Of a stretch of DNA of 64,000 nucleotides, positions 1 to 9,098 are shown in pieces. The notes under the pieces are model-generated. The model was given only the letters and a program-made list of their open reading frames with translations, did no database searches and was not told the DNA's origin. Where the stretch lies: contig JBOEGF010000043.1 of the NCBI GenBank assembly GCA_050633305.1, positions 32,001 to 96,000 on the forward strand. Reading direction: 5' to 3'. The translations under genes and the position numbers were made by a program. The stretch comes from Nannocystales bacterium. Lineage in GTDB: Bacteria; Myxococcota_A; Polyangia; Nannocystales; Nannocystaceae. Every line of letters begins with the position of its first letter. Position 1 is the stretch's first letter.

Positions 1-1
1 G

Positions 2-400
2 ACGTTCGAATCGGTGGGGGAGCCGTTGGTGCAGGACGAGGCGAAGGTGACTCATGCCGCGATGCTGTCCAAGGCCGAGGGCAGCGTGGATTGGTCGCAA
101 CCCGCCCAGCGGGTGGTCGACCATGTACGCGGCATGGACCCGTGGCCGTGCGCGTTCTCGACCCGAGGTGATCTCGTCATGAAGCTGTACGGAGCTTCAC
201 TCTCCGAGCGCCAGACCGACACACCGGGGACGGTCCTGGCCGTCGATGAACGAGGAGTGCATGTGGCCTGCGGGACGGGCGCAATCTGTCTTGCGGAGCT
301 TCAACCCGCCGGGAAGAAGCGCATGAGCGCGCAAGCCTATGCATCGGGTCGCGCGTTCGCGGACGGCGAACGACTCGGCCCCCCAAAAACCGACGCATAA
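2..400 (+). CDS. fmt: Methionyl-tRNA formyltransferase, C-terminal part (5' end outside window)
   Basis: QDEAKVTHAAMLSKAEGSVDWSQPA..VRGMDPWPCA..VACGTGAICLAELQPAGKKRM matches the Fmt C-terminal domain. Confidence 0.9.
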   Translation, partial: TFESVGEPLVQDEAKVTHAAMLSKAEGSVDWSQPAQRVVDHVRGMDPWPCAFSTRGDLVMKLYGASLSERQTDTPGTVLAVDERGVHVACGTGAICLAELQPAGKKRMSAQAYASGRAFADGERLGPPKTDA

Positions 401-462
401 TCGGCGCAGGGAAGTCCTTGGCTATGGCAACCTGCCGGCCGTAGCACCGTCTACGGGTCGCC

Positions 463-1353
463 ATGGTCGAGATCCTCAGGAAAGTCTCCAACGCGAGCTG
501 GTTTACCCAGTTCATTACTGGTGTGATTCTGCTTGCTGGGGTCATCGTGGGCCTCGAGACCTACCCGGGCATCGTTGAGGAGTGGGGGGGAGCGCTTCAC
601 GGCGCCAACCTGCTGATCCTCATCATTTTCACGATCGAGGTCGCGGTGAAGATGGGCGCGGAGGGCAGCAAGCCGTGGCGCTACTTCCGCGACCCGTGGA
701 ACATCTTCGACTTTCTGATCGTCGTCGCCGCGTACCTGCCGATCGACGCGCAGTTCATCACGGTTCTGCGGTTGGCTCGGGTCCTGCGCGTTCTGAAGCT
801 CGTCCGGGCGCTGCCCAAGCTCCAGATCATCGTCTCGGCGCTCCTCAAGAGCATCCCGTCGATGGGCTACGTCTCACTGTTGCTCTTGCTGCTGTTCTAC
901 CTGTTCGCGGTCACCGGTACGTTCCTGTTCGGCGAGAACGATCCCGTCCACTTCCGTAACCTGCAGCTTTCGATGCTGACCCTGTTCCGGGTGGTCACGC
1001 TCGAGGACTGGACCGACGTCATGTACATCCAAATGTACGGATGCGAGGGCTACGGGTACGGCGGCATGGAGCACCTGTGCACCAAGTCTGCCGCCCACCC
1101 TGTGTTCGGCGCCGGGTTCTTTGTGACGTTCGTGCTGATCGGCACGATGATCGTGCTCAACCTCTTCGTCGGCGTGATCATGTCGGGCATGGAGGAGGCC
1201 CAGCGCGAACAGGAGCTGCTCCGTGAACTCGAAGACCGGCCGACGTCGGTCCAATCCGACGTCCGCGACCTGCTCAAACAGACGGTCGCTCTCCAGGCCA
1301 GCCTTGAACGCTTACAAGCGCAGGTCAAGATTCAAGAGGAGGGCAAACTATGA
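463..1353 (+). CDS. Prokaryotic voltage-gated cation channel (BacNav/AnclNav type, NavPp-like)
   Basis: Six TM segments, WNIFDFLIV in S3, S4 RLARVLRVLKLVR, selectivity filter TLEDWTD, C-terminal coiled coil. Confidence 0.93.
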   Translation: MVEILRKVSNASWFTQFITGVILLAGVIVGLETYPGIVEEWGGALHGANLLILIIFTIEVAVKMGAEGSKPWRYFRDPWNIFDFLIVVAAYLPIDAQFITVLRLARVLRVLKLVRALPKLQIIVSALLKSIPSMGYVSLLLLLLFYLFAVTGTFLFGENDPVHFRNLQLSMLTLFRVVTLEDWTDVMYIQMYGCEGYGYGGMEHLCTKSAAHPVFGAGFFVTFVLIGTMIVLNLFVGVIMSGMEEAQREQELLRELEDRPTSVQSDVRDLLKQTVALQASLERLQAQVKIQEEGKL

Positions 1354-2093
1354 CGGACTGGTTCGCGCAGCCCCACTTCTGGGAGCGGGTCTACCCGCTG
1401 ATGTTCTCGGCCGAGCGCGACGAGCGGGCGCATGAAGAGGTGGCGAACCTGCTCGAGCTGGTGGGCATGAAAAAGGGACGGGCGCTGGACCTTTGCTGCG
1501 GCCCAGGGCGGCACTCGGTCCCGTTGGCCAAGGCGGGCTTCGACGTCACGGGGCTGGACATCAGTGAGTTCCTGCTGGAGCGCGCCCGAGCTCGGGCTCA
1601 AGCTGCCAAGGTCGACATCGACTGGGTGCACGAGGACATGCGCAACTACGCCATGCCCGGCGGGTTCGATCTGGTGATCAACCTCTACACCTCCTTCGGC
1701 TATTTCGCGCAGCAGAGCGATGATCTCAAGGTGCTGCGCAACCTCGTCTCCAGCCTGACCGAGGGGGGGTGCGTGGTTCTCGACGTGGTCGGTAAGGAGG
1801 CCCTCGCCGAACAGCTTCCTCTCGATCGGCAGCCGACGGTTGAGCATGACGGATCGCTCCTCATCGAGCGGATCGAAGTCGTCGACGACTGGAGCCGGGC
1901 GAAGGTCCAGTGGATGTTCATCCGCGGGGAGACCGTCGAGCGCTTCAACTTCGAGCACACGCTGTACAGCGGTCGTGAACTCAGGGAGCTGATGAATTGG
2001 GCGGGGCTCTCCGACGTGTCGTTGTATGGAGGACTCGATGGCCGGGCGTATGGTCCTGGTGCACAGCGGCTCGTTGCCGTCGGTCGACGCTGA
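1350..2093 (+). CDS. Class I SAM-dependent methyltransferase
   Basis: ALDLCCGPGRH, GLDIS, FDLVINLYTSFGYF; ATGA overlap with the channel gene. Confidence 0.9.
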   Translation: MTDWFAQPHFWERVYPLMFSAERDERAHEEVANLLELVGMKKGRALDLCCGPGRHSVPLAKAGFDVTGLDISEFLLERARARAQAAKVDIDWVHEDMRNYAMPGGFDLVINLYTSFGYFAQQSDDLKVLRNLVSSLTEGGCVVLDVVGKEALAEQLPLDRQPTVEHDGSLLIERIEVVDDWSRAKVQWMFIRGETVERFNFEHTLYSGRELRELMNWAGLSDVSLYGGLDGRAYGPGAQRLVAVGRR

Positions 2094-2153
2094 GCCCGCA
2101 ATCGAGGCGTTCCGGGGCAGACAGCGGGCCCGGCTGCGCGGTACCGTGCATCC

Positions 2154-2537
2154 ATGATGATGCTTCGGAGGATGCCTGCTCTGTTCCTCGCCGGTTCTTT
2201 GGCTCTGGCGGTCGGTTGCGATGGGGGAGACGAAGACGACACCGGTGGTGGAACGGGTGGAGACGACCGTTCCGCGACCATCTTGGGCCTCGAGGGGGAT
2301 GCTACAGCAGGGGCGACCCTCTTCACGAGCAGCGGTTGCTCGAACGATGCATGCCACGGTGCGGACGGTGTGTCTGGTATGGCCATGCCCTCCCTCGACA
2401 CCAGCGTGATGGCCTCGGACGACTCGCAGATCGTCAACACGTTCCTCAACGGCAAGGGAACGATGCCGCCGCAGAGCGGACTGTCCGACCAAGCGCTTGC
2501 GGACCTGCTCGCCTACGTGAGCGACACGTTCGGCTGA
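2154..2537 (+). CDS. c-type cytochrome lipoprotein
   Basis: Lipobox LAVGC; GATLF..CSNDACHGADG; distal Met in GKGTMPP; LSDQALADLLAYV helix. Confidence 0.8.
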   Translation: MMMLRRMPALFLAGSLALAVGCDGGDEDDTGGGTGGDDRSATILGLEGDATAGATLFTSSGCSNDACHGADGVSGMAMPSLDTSVMASDDSQIVNTFLNGKGTMPPQSGLSDQALADLLAYVSDTFG

Positions 2538-2574
2538 GCCGAAGGACGTCTTGCCGAGCGCACCTCGGCCTTAC

Positions 2575-2619
2575 GACCCCGACGCGGCCGTCACCTCGGC
2601 CCATCGGGGTCTTTTTCTT
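2575..2619 (+). terminator. Rho-independent terminator
   Basis: GACCCCGA...TCGGGGTC stem followed by TTTTTCTT, between convergent genes. Confidence 0.7.
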
Positions 2620-4202
2620 CAGCCCCAAGCTTCACACGCTTCGGCCTCGACCGCGATCGGGACCGACGTGACGACCGAGGCCATTGCGGACGTCATCGTG
2701 GCCTCGACGGTGTCGCGGGCCTGCGCCGCGACTTCCCGGGGAACCTCGGCGATGTACTCGTCGTGGACAACCATCACCCCGCGGCCTCCGAGGGCTTCGA
2801 GCGCGGGCTGAAGTTCGACCATCGCGCGCTTGAACCCCTCCGCGGCAGTGCCTTGCACGGGGATGTTGAGCGCAGAGTTGAACGAGACCTTGCCGGGGGC
2901 AAAGCGCTTGCGCCGGCCCAGCGCGGTGCGGACCGTGACGGGGCCAGGTCGCCGCGACAACGCCCCAACGCGCTTGTGCCACGCGGCGATGCCAGGGAAC
3001 GTCCTCATGAACGCGGCGCGAGCATCGGCCGCTTCGCGGTCCGTGAGGTCGACGCCATACCCGTCGGCGGCGTAGCTGCGAAAACGCGACGCCCCCATAC
3101 CAAACAGGAACCCGAAGTTCACAGCCTTGGCGAGTTTGCGTTCGTGGTCGGTAATGCTGTCTTCGGGCCGTCCTGTGATCGTGGCTGCGGTGGCGCGGTG
3201 TGGGTCGCGGCCTTCGTGGAACACCTGACGCAACGCGTCGCAGGGGGCGAGGTGGGCGGCAACACGAAGCTCGATCTGCGCATAGTCGGCCACGACCAAC
3301 ACCTTGGAGGGATCGGGCCGGAAACACGCTCGCAGTCCAGGAGCCGTGTGAGCGCTGGGGACCTGCTGAAGGTTGGGATCGGTGCAACTGAATCGGCCAC
3401 TGTCAGTGGCGAGCGGGTGGAGTCTGCATCGAATCCGTCCTCCGCGGACGTGCTCCTGTCCCCAGTAGGCATAGGTGGAGATCAGCTTGTCCAGTCGCGC
3501 AACACGCTCGGGAACGTCGGTGTCACGGCGCTCGGTGTGCCACTGGGCTGCGATTCGTTCGAACGCGGCGGCATCGACGGCAACGCCTGCGCGCTCCATG
3601 GCGATCACCGACGGGAGGACATCGCATTCCAGGCCGAAGACCCGAGTCAGCTCTCGCTTGCGGAGCAATGGCGTGAGGGCGCCCATCAATGGAAGCAGCG
3701 ATTCCGCCGCCTGGGTTGTGGCCGGGATGACGTCTGCGGAGAGTCGATCCGGAGCCTGCCAGGGCTTGCCGAGCATCTTCTCGGTGCACTCGGTGAGGGT
3801 CGGAAGGTCGCGACCGCGTCGCGTTCCCTCGGCCAGAAGCTGGGCCGCGGTTTGGGTGCAACCGAAGCGTCCTGTCCTCGCCGCAGCGCTGGATCCGGTG
3901 GCCGCCGCGAGTCGGAGAAGGGCGTCTTGTGCCCCGTGGAAGACGACGTACGTTTGGGTCAGCCGGCTGAGCGTATTCTGTAGTGCGGCCAGGGTCCCGG
4001 GGGTGCCCCGCGTGACCGCCGTGCGTTCGGCGGTTGCGAGGCCGAGCGCCGCTACGCTGCCCAGCCGCGGATCGCTCTGCACATGCAGAGGTTGGGCGGG
4101 GTCGGGGGCAAGCCAAACCCCGAGTGCCTTTGGCGGGTTTGCCTCGAGCTGCGAAAGCGTGGCTTCGAAGGTTGCGTCGTCGCGGGGCTCGGGCAAGGGC
4201 AC
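2619..4202 (-). CDS. Family A DNA polymerase, short form (no 5'-3' exonuclease, degenerate 3'-5' exonuclease, shortened thumb)
   Basis: TDSGRFSCTDPNLQQVP, motif A DYAQIELR, motif B RKLAKAVNFGFLFG, NIPVQGTAA, motif C VHDE; GTG start at 4202 next to the upstream stop. Confidence 0.92.
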   Translation of the reverse strand: MPLPEPRDDATFEATLSQLEANPPKALGVWLAPDPAQPLHVQSDPRLGSVAALGLATAERTAVTRGTPGTLAALQNTLSRLTQTYVVFHGAQDALLRLAAATGSSAAARTGRFGCTQTAAQLLAEGTRRGRDLPTLTECTEKMLGKPWQAPDRLSADVIPATTQAAESLLPLMGALTPLLRKRELTRVFGLECDVLPSVIAMERAGVAVDAAAFERIAAQWHTERRDTDVPERVARLDKLISTYAYWGQEHVRGGRIRCRLHPLATDSGRFSCTDPNLQQVPSAHTAPGLRACFRPDPSKVLVVADYAQIELRVAAHLAPCDALRQVFHEGRDPHRATAATITGRPEDSITDHERKLAKAVNFGFLFGMGASRFRSYAADGYGVDLTDREAADARAAFMRTFPGIAAWHKRVGALSRRPGPVTVRTALGRRKRFAPGKVSFNSALNIPVQGTAAEGFKRAMVELQPALEALGGRGVMVVHDEYIAEVPREVAAQARDTVEATMTSAMASVVTSVPIAVEAEACEAWG

Positions 4203-4203
4203 G

Positions 4204-5124
4204 CTACTCCGTTTCCGGAGTGCAGCCGCACAACCCACCGGAGTCGATGATGCACTCCGGGTCGGTCAGCGTCGTGCACACCGGGCGGGTGGGGTTGCCC
4301 GCCGCGTCGTCGCAGCCCGGGCGAGGGCACGCCGTGCACGCGACCGAGGTGAGGTCGCTGCTGACGAGGTACGGCAGGCTTTTGAAATCGGTGTTGTTGG
4401 CGGGCTGCTCGCAACAATACGACCGACTGCCCACATCGACCTCTGTCGTGCTCCCGGGACAGAAACTCCCCGGTTCGACCTCGCAGCCAACCTGGCCGCC
4501 ACGCAAGCACGTCGGGTCGTCGGTGGGGCGACAGACGCCCTGTTCGATGGTCTGGTCGACATCGATCGGCTCGTCGGGCTCTGCCTGCTCCTCCAGGGTT
4601 CGTACGCACACCCCAACCGAGCCGCAGCCTTCGTCGTCGTCGCAGTTCTCGCCCAGCAGGGAGTCGTCGGTTGGACGGCATCCGCAGGGGTCTCCCTCAT
4701 TCTCGAGCTCGCAGCGAGCCTCTCCGGCGCGACACGATTCTTCGCTGCTGCTGGTTGCGCCGCATTGGGGGCAGTCGAAACACTCCGCAGTCCCATCGCT
4801 CTCGGCGATGCCGATCACGGTGGGGATGCCTGAGCCTGAGGGGCAGCAGAAGTTGCCCCCGTCGGGTCCTTCGGCGGCCACGAGCCCGGACCCGCTACAC
4901 AGCCCATTGGTGTTGGCGGCGCAGCCAGCCTGTTCGCCCTGGACGCACGAACTGTCGGCGCTGCACAGCCCAGGCTCGTCCTCCGCGGTTTCGGTCGCGG
5001 TGCGGACACAGGTGAGGTTGGGGCAATCGGCGTCTTCGTTGCACGGAGCACCGACGAGCGCGTCGTCGATGCCGCAGGCGAAGCCGAGCGTCAAAGCTGT
5101 AAAGACCAGGAATCGGCGGACCAT
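4204..5124 (-). CDS. Cysteine-rich lipoprotein, unknown function
   Basis: Lipobox LGFAC; many Cys; acidic composition. Confidence 0.75.
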   Translation of the reverse strand: MVRRFLVFTALTLGFACGIDDALVGAPCNEDADCPNLTCVRTATETAEDEPGLCSADSSCVQGEQAGCAANTNGLCSGSGLVAAEGPDGGNFCCPSGSGIPTVIGIAESDGTAECFDCPQCGATSSSEESCRAGEARCELENEGDPCGCRPTDDSLLGENCDDDEGCGSVGVCVRTLEEQAEPDEPIDVDQTIEQGVCRPTDDPTCLRGGQVGCEVEPGSFCPGSTTEVDVGSRSYCCEQPANNTDFKSLPYLVSSDLTSVACTACPRPGCDDAAGNPTRPVCTTLTDPECIIDSGGLCGCTPETE

Positions 5125-5127
5125 GAC

Positions 5128-6354
5128 TTAGAATCTCCCTTGGACGACGACGCCGCCGCCCTGTGGTCCGATCGCTGGAGCGACGGAGCCGAGCCGTACC
5201 TTGCGTTGCAGGGTGGTGTAGCGCGAGTTGGCAAACGCTCCGAACGCGCCGCCGACAACGGCGAGGCCAAGTCCGCCCCATCCGAGTCCTACGCCCAATC
5301 GGGCGCGGCTGTCGAACTGCTCGCGGTCGGACGAGATGGTCGCCGCATTGGTCTCGGCTTCCAGAGAGCCCTTGTTGCGGGTGAAGAGGAAGTAGCCAGC
5401 CGCGGCCATGCCAACCCCCACCGCGGCACCGCCATAGCCAACGAACGTCAGCGTACGGGCGGTGCTCAGCTGCTTCTGGAGCTCGTCGTTGTCCACAGGG
5501 GGCGCATCATCATCGCTGATACTCGCGGTCCCGCCGGGGGTCGGCGTGGACGGATTGACGAACACGCGGTCGATCGGGACGACCTCGACCCGGAGAAGCG
5601 CACCGCAGCCTTCGGGGGGCTGCTGGTCTGCCGTGGTCGACGACACGCAGGCCGCGACGTCGCCATCGGTCTTGAGGACCTGTTGGTCGGTCGAGGACGA
5701 CACGCCGGCGCCGACGTTCCCGACCGTCGCGCCGCCTCCGACCTCGGCGCTCTTTCCCGTGTAGAAGGAGAACGAACCAACCGTCAGGCCGGTGACGACA
5801 TGGGTGGCGTCGTCGCAGCGGCCTTCGAGGTCACGCTCGTTGAAGCTCGATTCGGTTGCGTCCCGACGCCCCACGATCGTCATGTCGACGTTGAGTTGGC
5901 CGGCGCGCTCGAGCTTGGCTTCGAGCCCCGCTGCACCGATCGGGAGCTTGGCGTAGAGCTGATCGGTGTCAGTGATGCGGACGCCCTCGGTCTTCTGAGT
6001 CAGACCCAGGTATTCGTACTCCCCCTTGGCCGAGCAGGTGTTGAGCACCTCCATCTCGCAACCCGAGTAGCGCACCGCCACCAAGCCACGTGTTGCCCGG
6101 GCTTCGAGGGCGGCGCGCTCAGCTGCCGGCCACTCGATGACCAGCGGTTTGTCGCTGCTCTTCTTGACTCCGCACTTGGCTTGGCCCGTGAAGTCCTCCA
6201 AAGAGGGCGCGGTGGCGACCGCGTCGGCGGTCTGGCCCGTCTTCTTGCAGCCAGTCAGGGTGATGGCAGCCGCGCAAAGAACGACGCCTCCGAGTCGCGC
6301 GACGGCGCGGTAGCCCGAGGGGGGCAGATTGAGTCGACGCACGGCGGCGAGCAT
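5128..6354 (-). CDS. Lipoprotein of unknown function with C-terminal hydrophobic segments
   Basis: Lipobox LTGC; two Gly-rich hydrophobic segments; ends GGVVVQGRF. Confidence 0.7.
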   Translation of the reverse strand: MLAAVRRLNLPPSGYRAVARLGGVVLCAAAITLTGCKKTGQTADAVATAPSLEDFTGQAKCGVKKSSDKPLVIEWPAAERAALEARATRGLVAVRYSGCEMEVLNTCSAKGEYEYLGLTQKTEGVRITDTDQLYAKLPIGAAGLEAKLERAGQLNVDMTIVGRRDATESSFNERDLEGRCDDATHVVTGLTVGSFSFYTGKSAEVGGGATVGNVGAGVSSSTDQQVLKTDGDVAACVSSTTADQQPPEGCGALLRVEVVPIDRVFVNPSTPTPGGTASISDDDAPPVDNDELQKQLSTARTLTFVGYGGAAVGVGMAAAGYFLFTRNKGSLEAETNAATISSDREQFDSRARLGVGLGWGGLGLAVVGGAFGAFANSRYTTLQRKVRLGSVAPAIGPQGGGVVVQGRF

Positions 6355-6417
6355 AGTCGAACGTCAGACGGGCGCCCAGAGGTGTCGTTGCGGGAAAACG
6401 ACCCGGGACCCGTCTTT

Positions 6418-6921
6418 TCAGCCGGCGCGGACCGACGCGATGGCGCGTTCTAGGGCATTTTCGTCCTGCTCGGGCCCTCCGACCCAGGCGACGTTGCCTG
6501 TGGCGTCCACCACGAAGGTGATGGGCAGCGCAGAGACGCGGAATCGCCCCGAGAGGACGTTGCCCCGGTCGAGAATGACGGGGAAGGACAAGCCGTAGGT
6601 CCGGACCAAGGCTGCGGCGTCATCTTGTCTCTCGTCCTCGGACACGCCGATGAACGCGACGTCATCGTACTTCTGGTGAAGCCGCTGCGCTTCGGGGAGC
6701 GTGCGCTTGCACGGCTCGCAGTACTCCGCGAAGAACTTCACGACCCACACTTTCCCGGCAAGCGCTTCGGTGTCGACGCGTCGGCCGTCGAGGGTGTCCC
6801 GGGCGAACTTTGGCGCCTCGTTTCCCGACAGTGGGCTCGGCGACGAAGGAGGCGGCGGCCCTTTGGCAGCGCAGGCCGAGAGCGAGAGCACCACGGCCAA
6901 AGCGAGCTTGCGCATCACCAT
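6418..6921 (-). CDS. TlpA-family thiol-disulfide oxidoreductase lipoprotein
   Basis: Lipobox LSAC; GKVWVVKFFAEYCEPC (CxxC); ALPITFVVD cis-Pro loop. Confidence 0.88.
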   Translation of the reverse strand: MVMRKLALAVVLSLSACAAKGPPPPSSPSPLSGNEAPKFARDTLDGRRVDTEALAGKVWVVKFFAEYCEPCKRTLPEAQRLHQKYDDVAFIGVSEDERQDDAAALVRTYGLSFPVILDRGNVLSGRFRVSALPITFVVDATGNVAWVGGPEQDENALERAIASVRAG

Positions 6922-9053
6922 ACGGTGACCGTACCAATCTTGGCGAACTCCCGCTTGCGGCCGCGGACCTCCACACCGAACTCGCCCTGCTTCCCCTCGG
7001 GGATCTTGATCGGGTAGTTTGCCTTCTCGCTGCGCCGGAGACCGAGAAGCAGATCGTACTCGCCGGGCATGACCTCCAGTGGGGGCGTCTGAAACGTCCA
7101 CCGGTGCCAGATGATGTCGCCCTTGCGCCACAGGTTGCTCGGGTAGAGGCCATCGGCAAACTCGTGGGGCTCCCCACCGATTCGCGAGAGTCGACCCTTG
7201 AGCATTCGCGCGTACAGCTTGCTTCCAGCTGGAAGTGGGCGAAGCACCCGGATGCCGAGTTGGAGCGTGTGCTCCTTACCGCGGCGCAGTGGCCCATCGA
7301 GTTCCCACCCGAGTACCTCGATGTAGTTGTCGAAGTTCAGCAGCGTCTGGTGGGCGAGCCGTGGCGGCTCGTCGAGGACGATCTTGGCCAGAGCATCCCG
7401 GTTCTCCGCGTCTTCGGGAAGCCGGTTGGCGACCACCCGCAAGCGGGCGTGCGAGTCGTCGAGCACGTACAAGGGGCGGCCGTTTTGGCGCGACGCTTGG
7501 AACAACGGGGGGTAGTCGCCGACGCGAACGAATGCGGCAGCAGGCTCGTCGGTGTCGAACCATTGCAACAGCTCTCGCCTGCCCGCGAGTGCCTCGGTGG
7601 CGTCGGGTCCGTACATCGTCAGCCCGCGATCGCGCACCCGGTGAACGCCAAGGGTTGGGGGGAGGGCGCCGGACTCGACCCATGCGGCGAGTCGCTGCAA
7701 TGGCTGCTTCGGGCTGAGTAGAGCGCCTGTACGGGCCACGAGAACATGGCCGTGGGTCCACGCGTTGGTGCACGCGGCAACGGCAAACGCGCCGACAATG
7801 ATGGCGTCCCGGGCGGGGTCGGGGATGCGAGAGGCGACGCGTTCGAGCCCGCCAGGTTCGCGTCTGCGGCCGAGCAATCCGGCGAGGACGATCGCGTAGA
7901 ACACGGTCTTCCCCATGCCGCCCAACTCGGCCTCCGCATCGAGGGCCTCGTCGGGGAACGTGTGCTCGTTCTCCCGGAGCTCGGTGGGCGCGATGAGGCG
8001 GTTGGATTGGAGCCCACCGTCCTTTGAGACGACCAGCGCGGCGGCGGCGGCCACGAACAGCGCGAGACGGCGCTCCCACCCCGCGGCTGCGGGGTCGAGG
8101 ATGCGGGCAATGGCAGCGACGACACACGCGGCCGCTGGCACGCTGAGAGACGCGGGCGTGGGCCCATAGAGCATCGACCAGCCCGCGTTGAACGCGAGCG
8201 CGACGACCAACCAGATGGCGGGAGCGCGCACCTCTGAACGACCCGTCGCCGCCCCGATCATCGCGAGGCCTGCCCAGGGAAAGAGCTGGTAGCCGAAGTC
8301 TTCGAGACCGTCGGCGAAGCGGCGCGCCTGCGGCTTGTCGAGCAGCTCGAGGTCCTTGGCGGCTCCCAACAAGGGGATGAAACCGTCGCTCTGGTCCAGT
8401 ACGAGTCGGATCGAGACGAGAACCGCGATGCCGGAGCCGACACCGAAAACCATGCGAAGGCGTGGCGCGACTCCAGGGGACAGCGCGACGACGGCCAACG
8501 GAAGGCCCGCGCCGAGCAGCAGACCGCACGATGCCACGCCGCCTCCGAGAGCGAGGAGCGCGGACGCAGCCGAAACGGCTCGGGAGAGGTTCGAGCTCTC
8601 CTGCCTCGCCGCGCCCCACAGGCTCAACACCGCGACCACACTCATCAGCTCGGCGATCGGGTTGCCCAACGCGGTTCGGGCGCTGAGCGAAAGCATCGGA
8701 ACCGACAACACGACCGCCCCCCCGAGGAGACTCAGTCCGAGCGAGCGGCCCAGGCTACGAATCCAGCCGATGGCGAGGCCGACGATGGCGGCGGCGGCGA
8801 GGGCATGCGGGAGCCGGAGGCCGAGCGCACCGCCAAGTGCACCGACGCCACGAGCCCGGATCCGATCGGGGAGGGGGGGACTTCGCTCGAGGCCGCTGAG
8901 CGCGTCCCCCAGCGCCGCACGAGCCCGGTCAAAGACCGGCAGTTCGGCGTCGCTCCACAGCCCTGTGCTGTCCAAGCCCCACACCCAAAAAGCGCACGCC
9001 AAGGCGAAGCCGAGGAGGCCGAGAGGGACCGGGCCGAGCGCACGCCAACGCAT
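6915..9053 (-). CDS. Polytopic membrane protein, GT-C/ArnT-like glycosyltransferase candidate
   Basis: GLWSDAE after TM1, LRLPHAL, FPW motif, many TM helices, C-terminal soluble beta domain (YPSNLWRKGD). Confidence 0.6.
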   Translation of the reverse strand: MRWRALGPVPLGLLGFALACAFWVWGLDSTGLWSDAELPVFDRARAALGDALSGLERSPPLPDRIRARGVGALGGALGLRLPHALAAAAIVGLAIGWIRSLGRSLGLSLLGGAVVLSVPMLSLSARTALGNPIAELMSVVAVLSLWGAARQESSNLSRAVSAASALLALGGGVASCGLLLGAGLPLAVVALSPGVAPRLRMVFGVGSGIAVLVSIRLVLDQSDGFIPLLGAAKDLELLDKPQARRFADGLEDFGYQLFPWAGLAMIGAATGRSEVRAPAIWLVVALAFNAGWSMLYGPTPASLSVPAAACVVAAIARILDPAAAGWERRLALFVAAAAALVVSKDGGLQSNRLIAPTELRENEHTFPDEALDAEAELGGMGKTVFYAIVLAGLLGRRREPGGLERVASRIPDPARDAIIVGAFAVAACTNAWTHGHVLVARTGALLSPKQPLQRLAAWVESGALPPTLGVHRVRDRGLTMYGPDATEALAGRRELLQWFDTDEPAAAFVRVGDYPPLFQASRQNGRPLYVLDDSHARLRVVANRLPEDAENRDALAKIVLDEPPRLAHQTLLNFDNYIEVLGWELDGPLRRGKEHTLQLGIRVLRPLPAGSKLYARMLKGRLSRIGGEPHEFADGLYPSNLWRKGDIIWHRWTFQTPPLEVMPGEYDLLLGLRRSEKANYPIKIPEGKQGEFGVEVRGRKREFAKIGTVTVW

Positions 9054-9098
9054 ATCGGGGGGAGGGTAGGTCGCGGTCGCGGGATGCTCAAGCCGAGC

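Noticed and set aside
2619..4202. Polymerase as a prophage or mobile-element marker
   Set aside because: No helicase/primase, integrase, structural genes, att sites or evident compositional shift nearby
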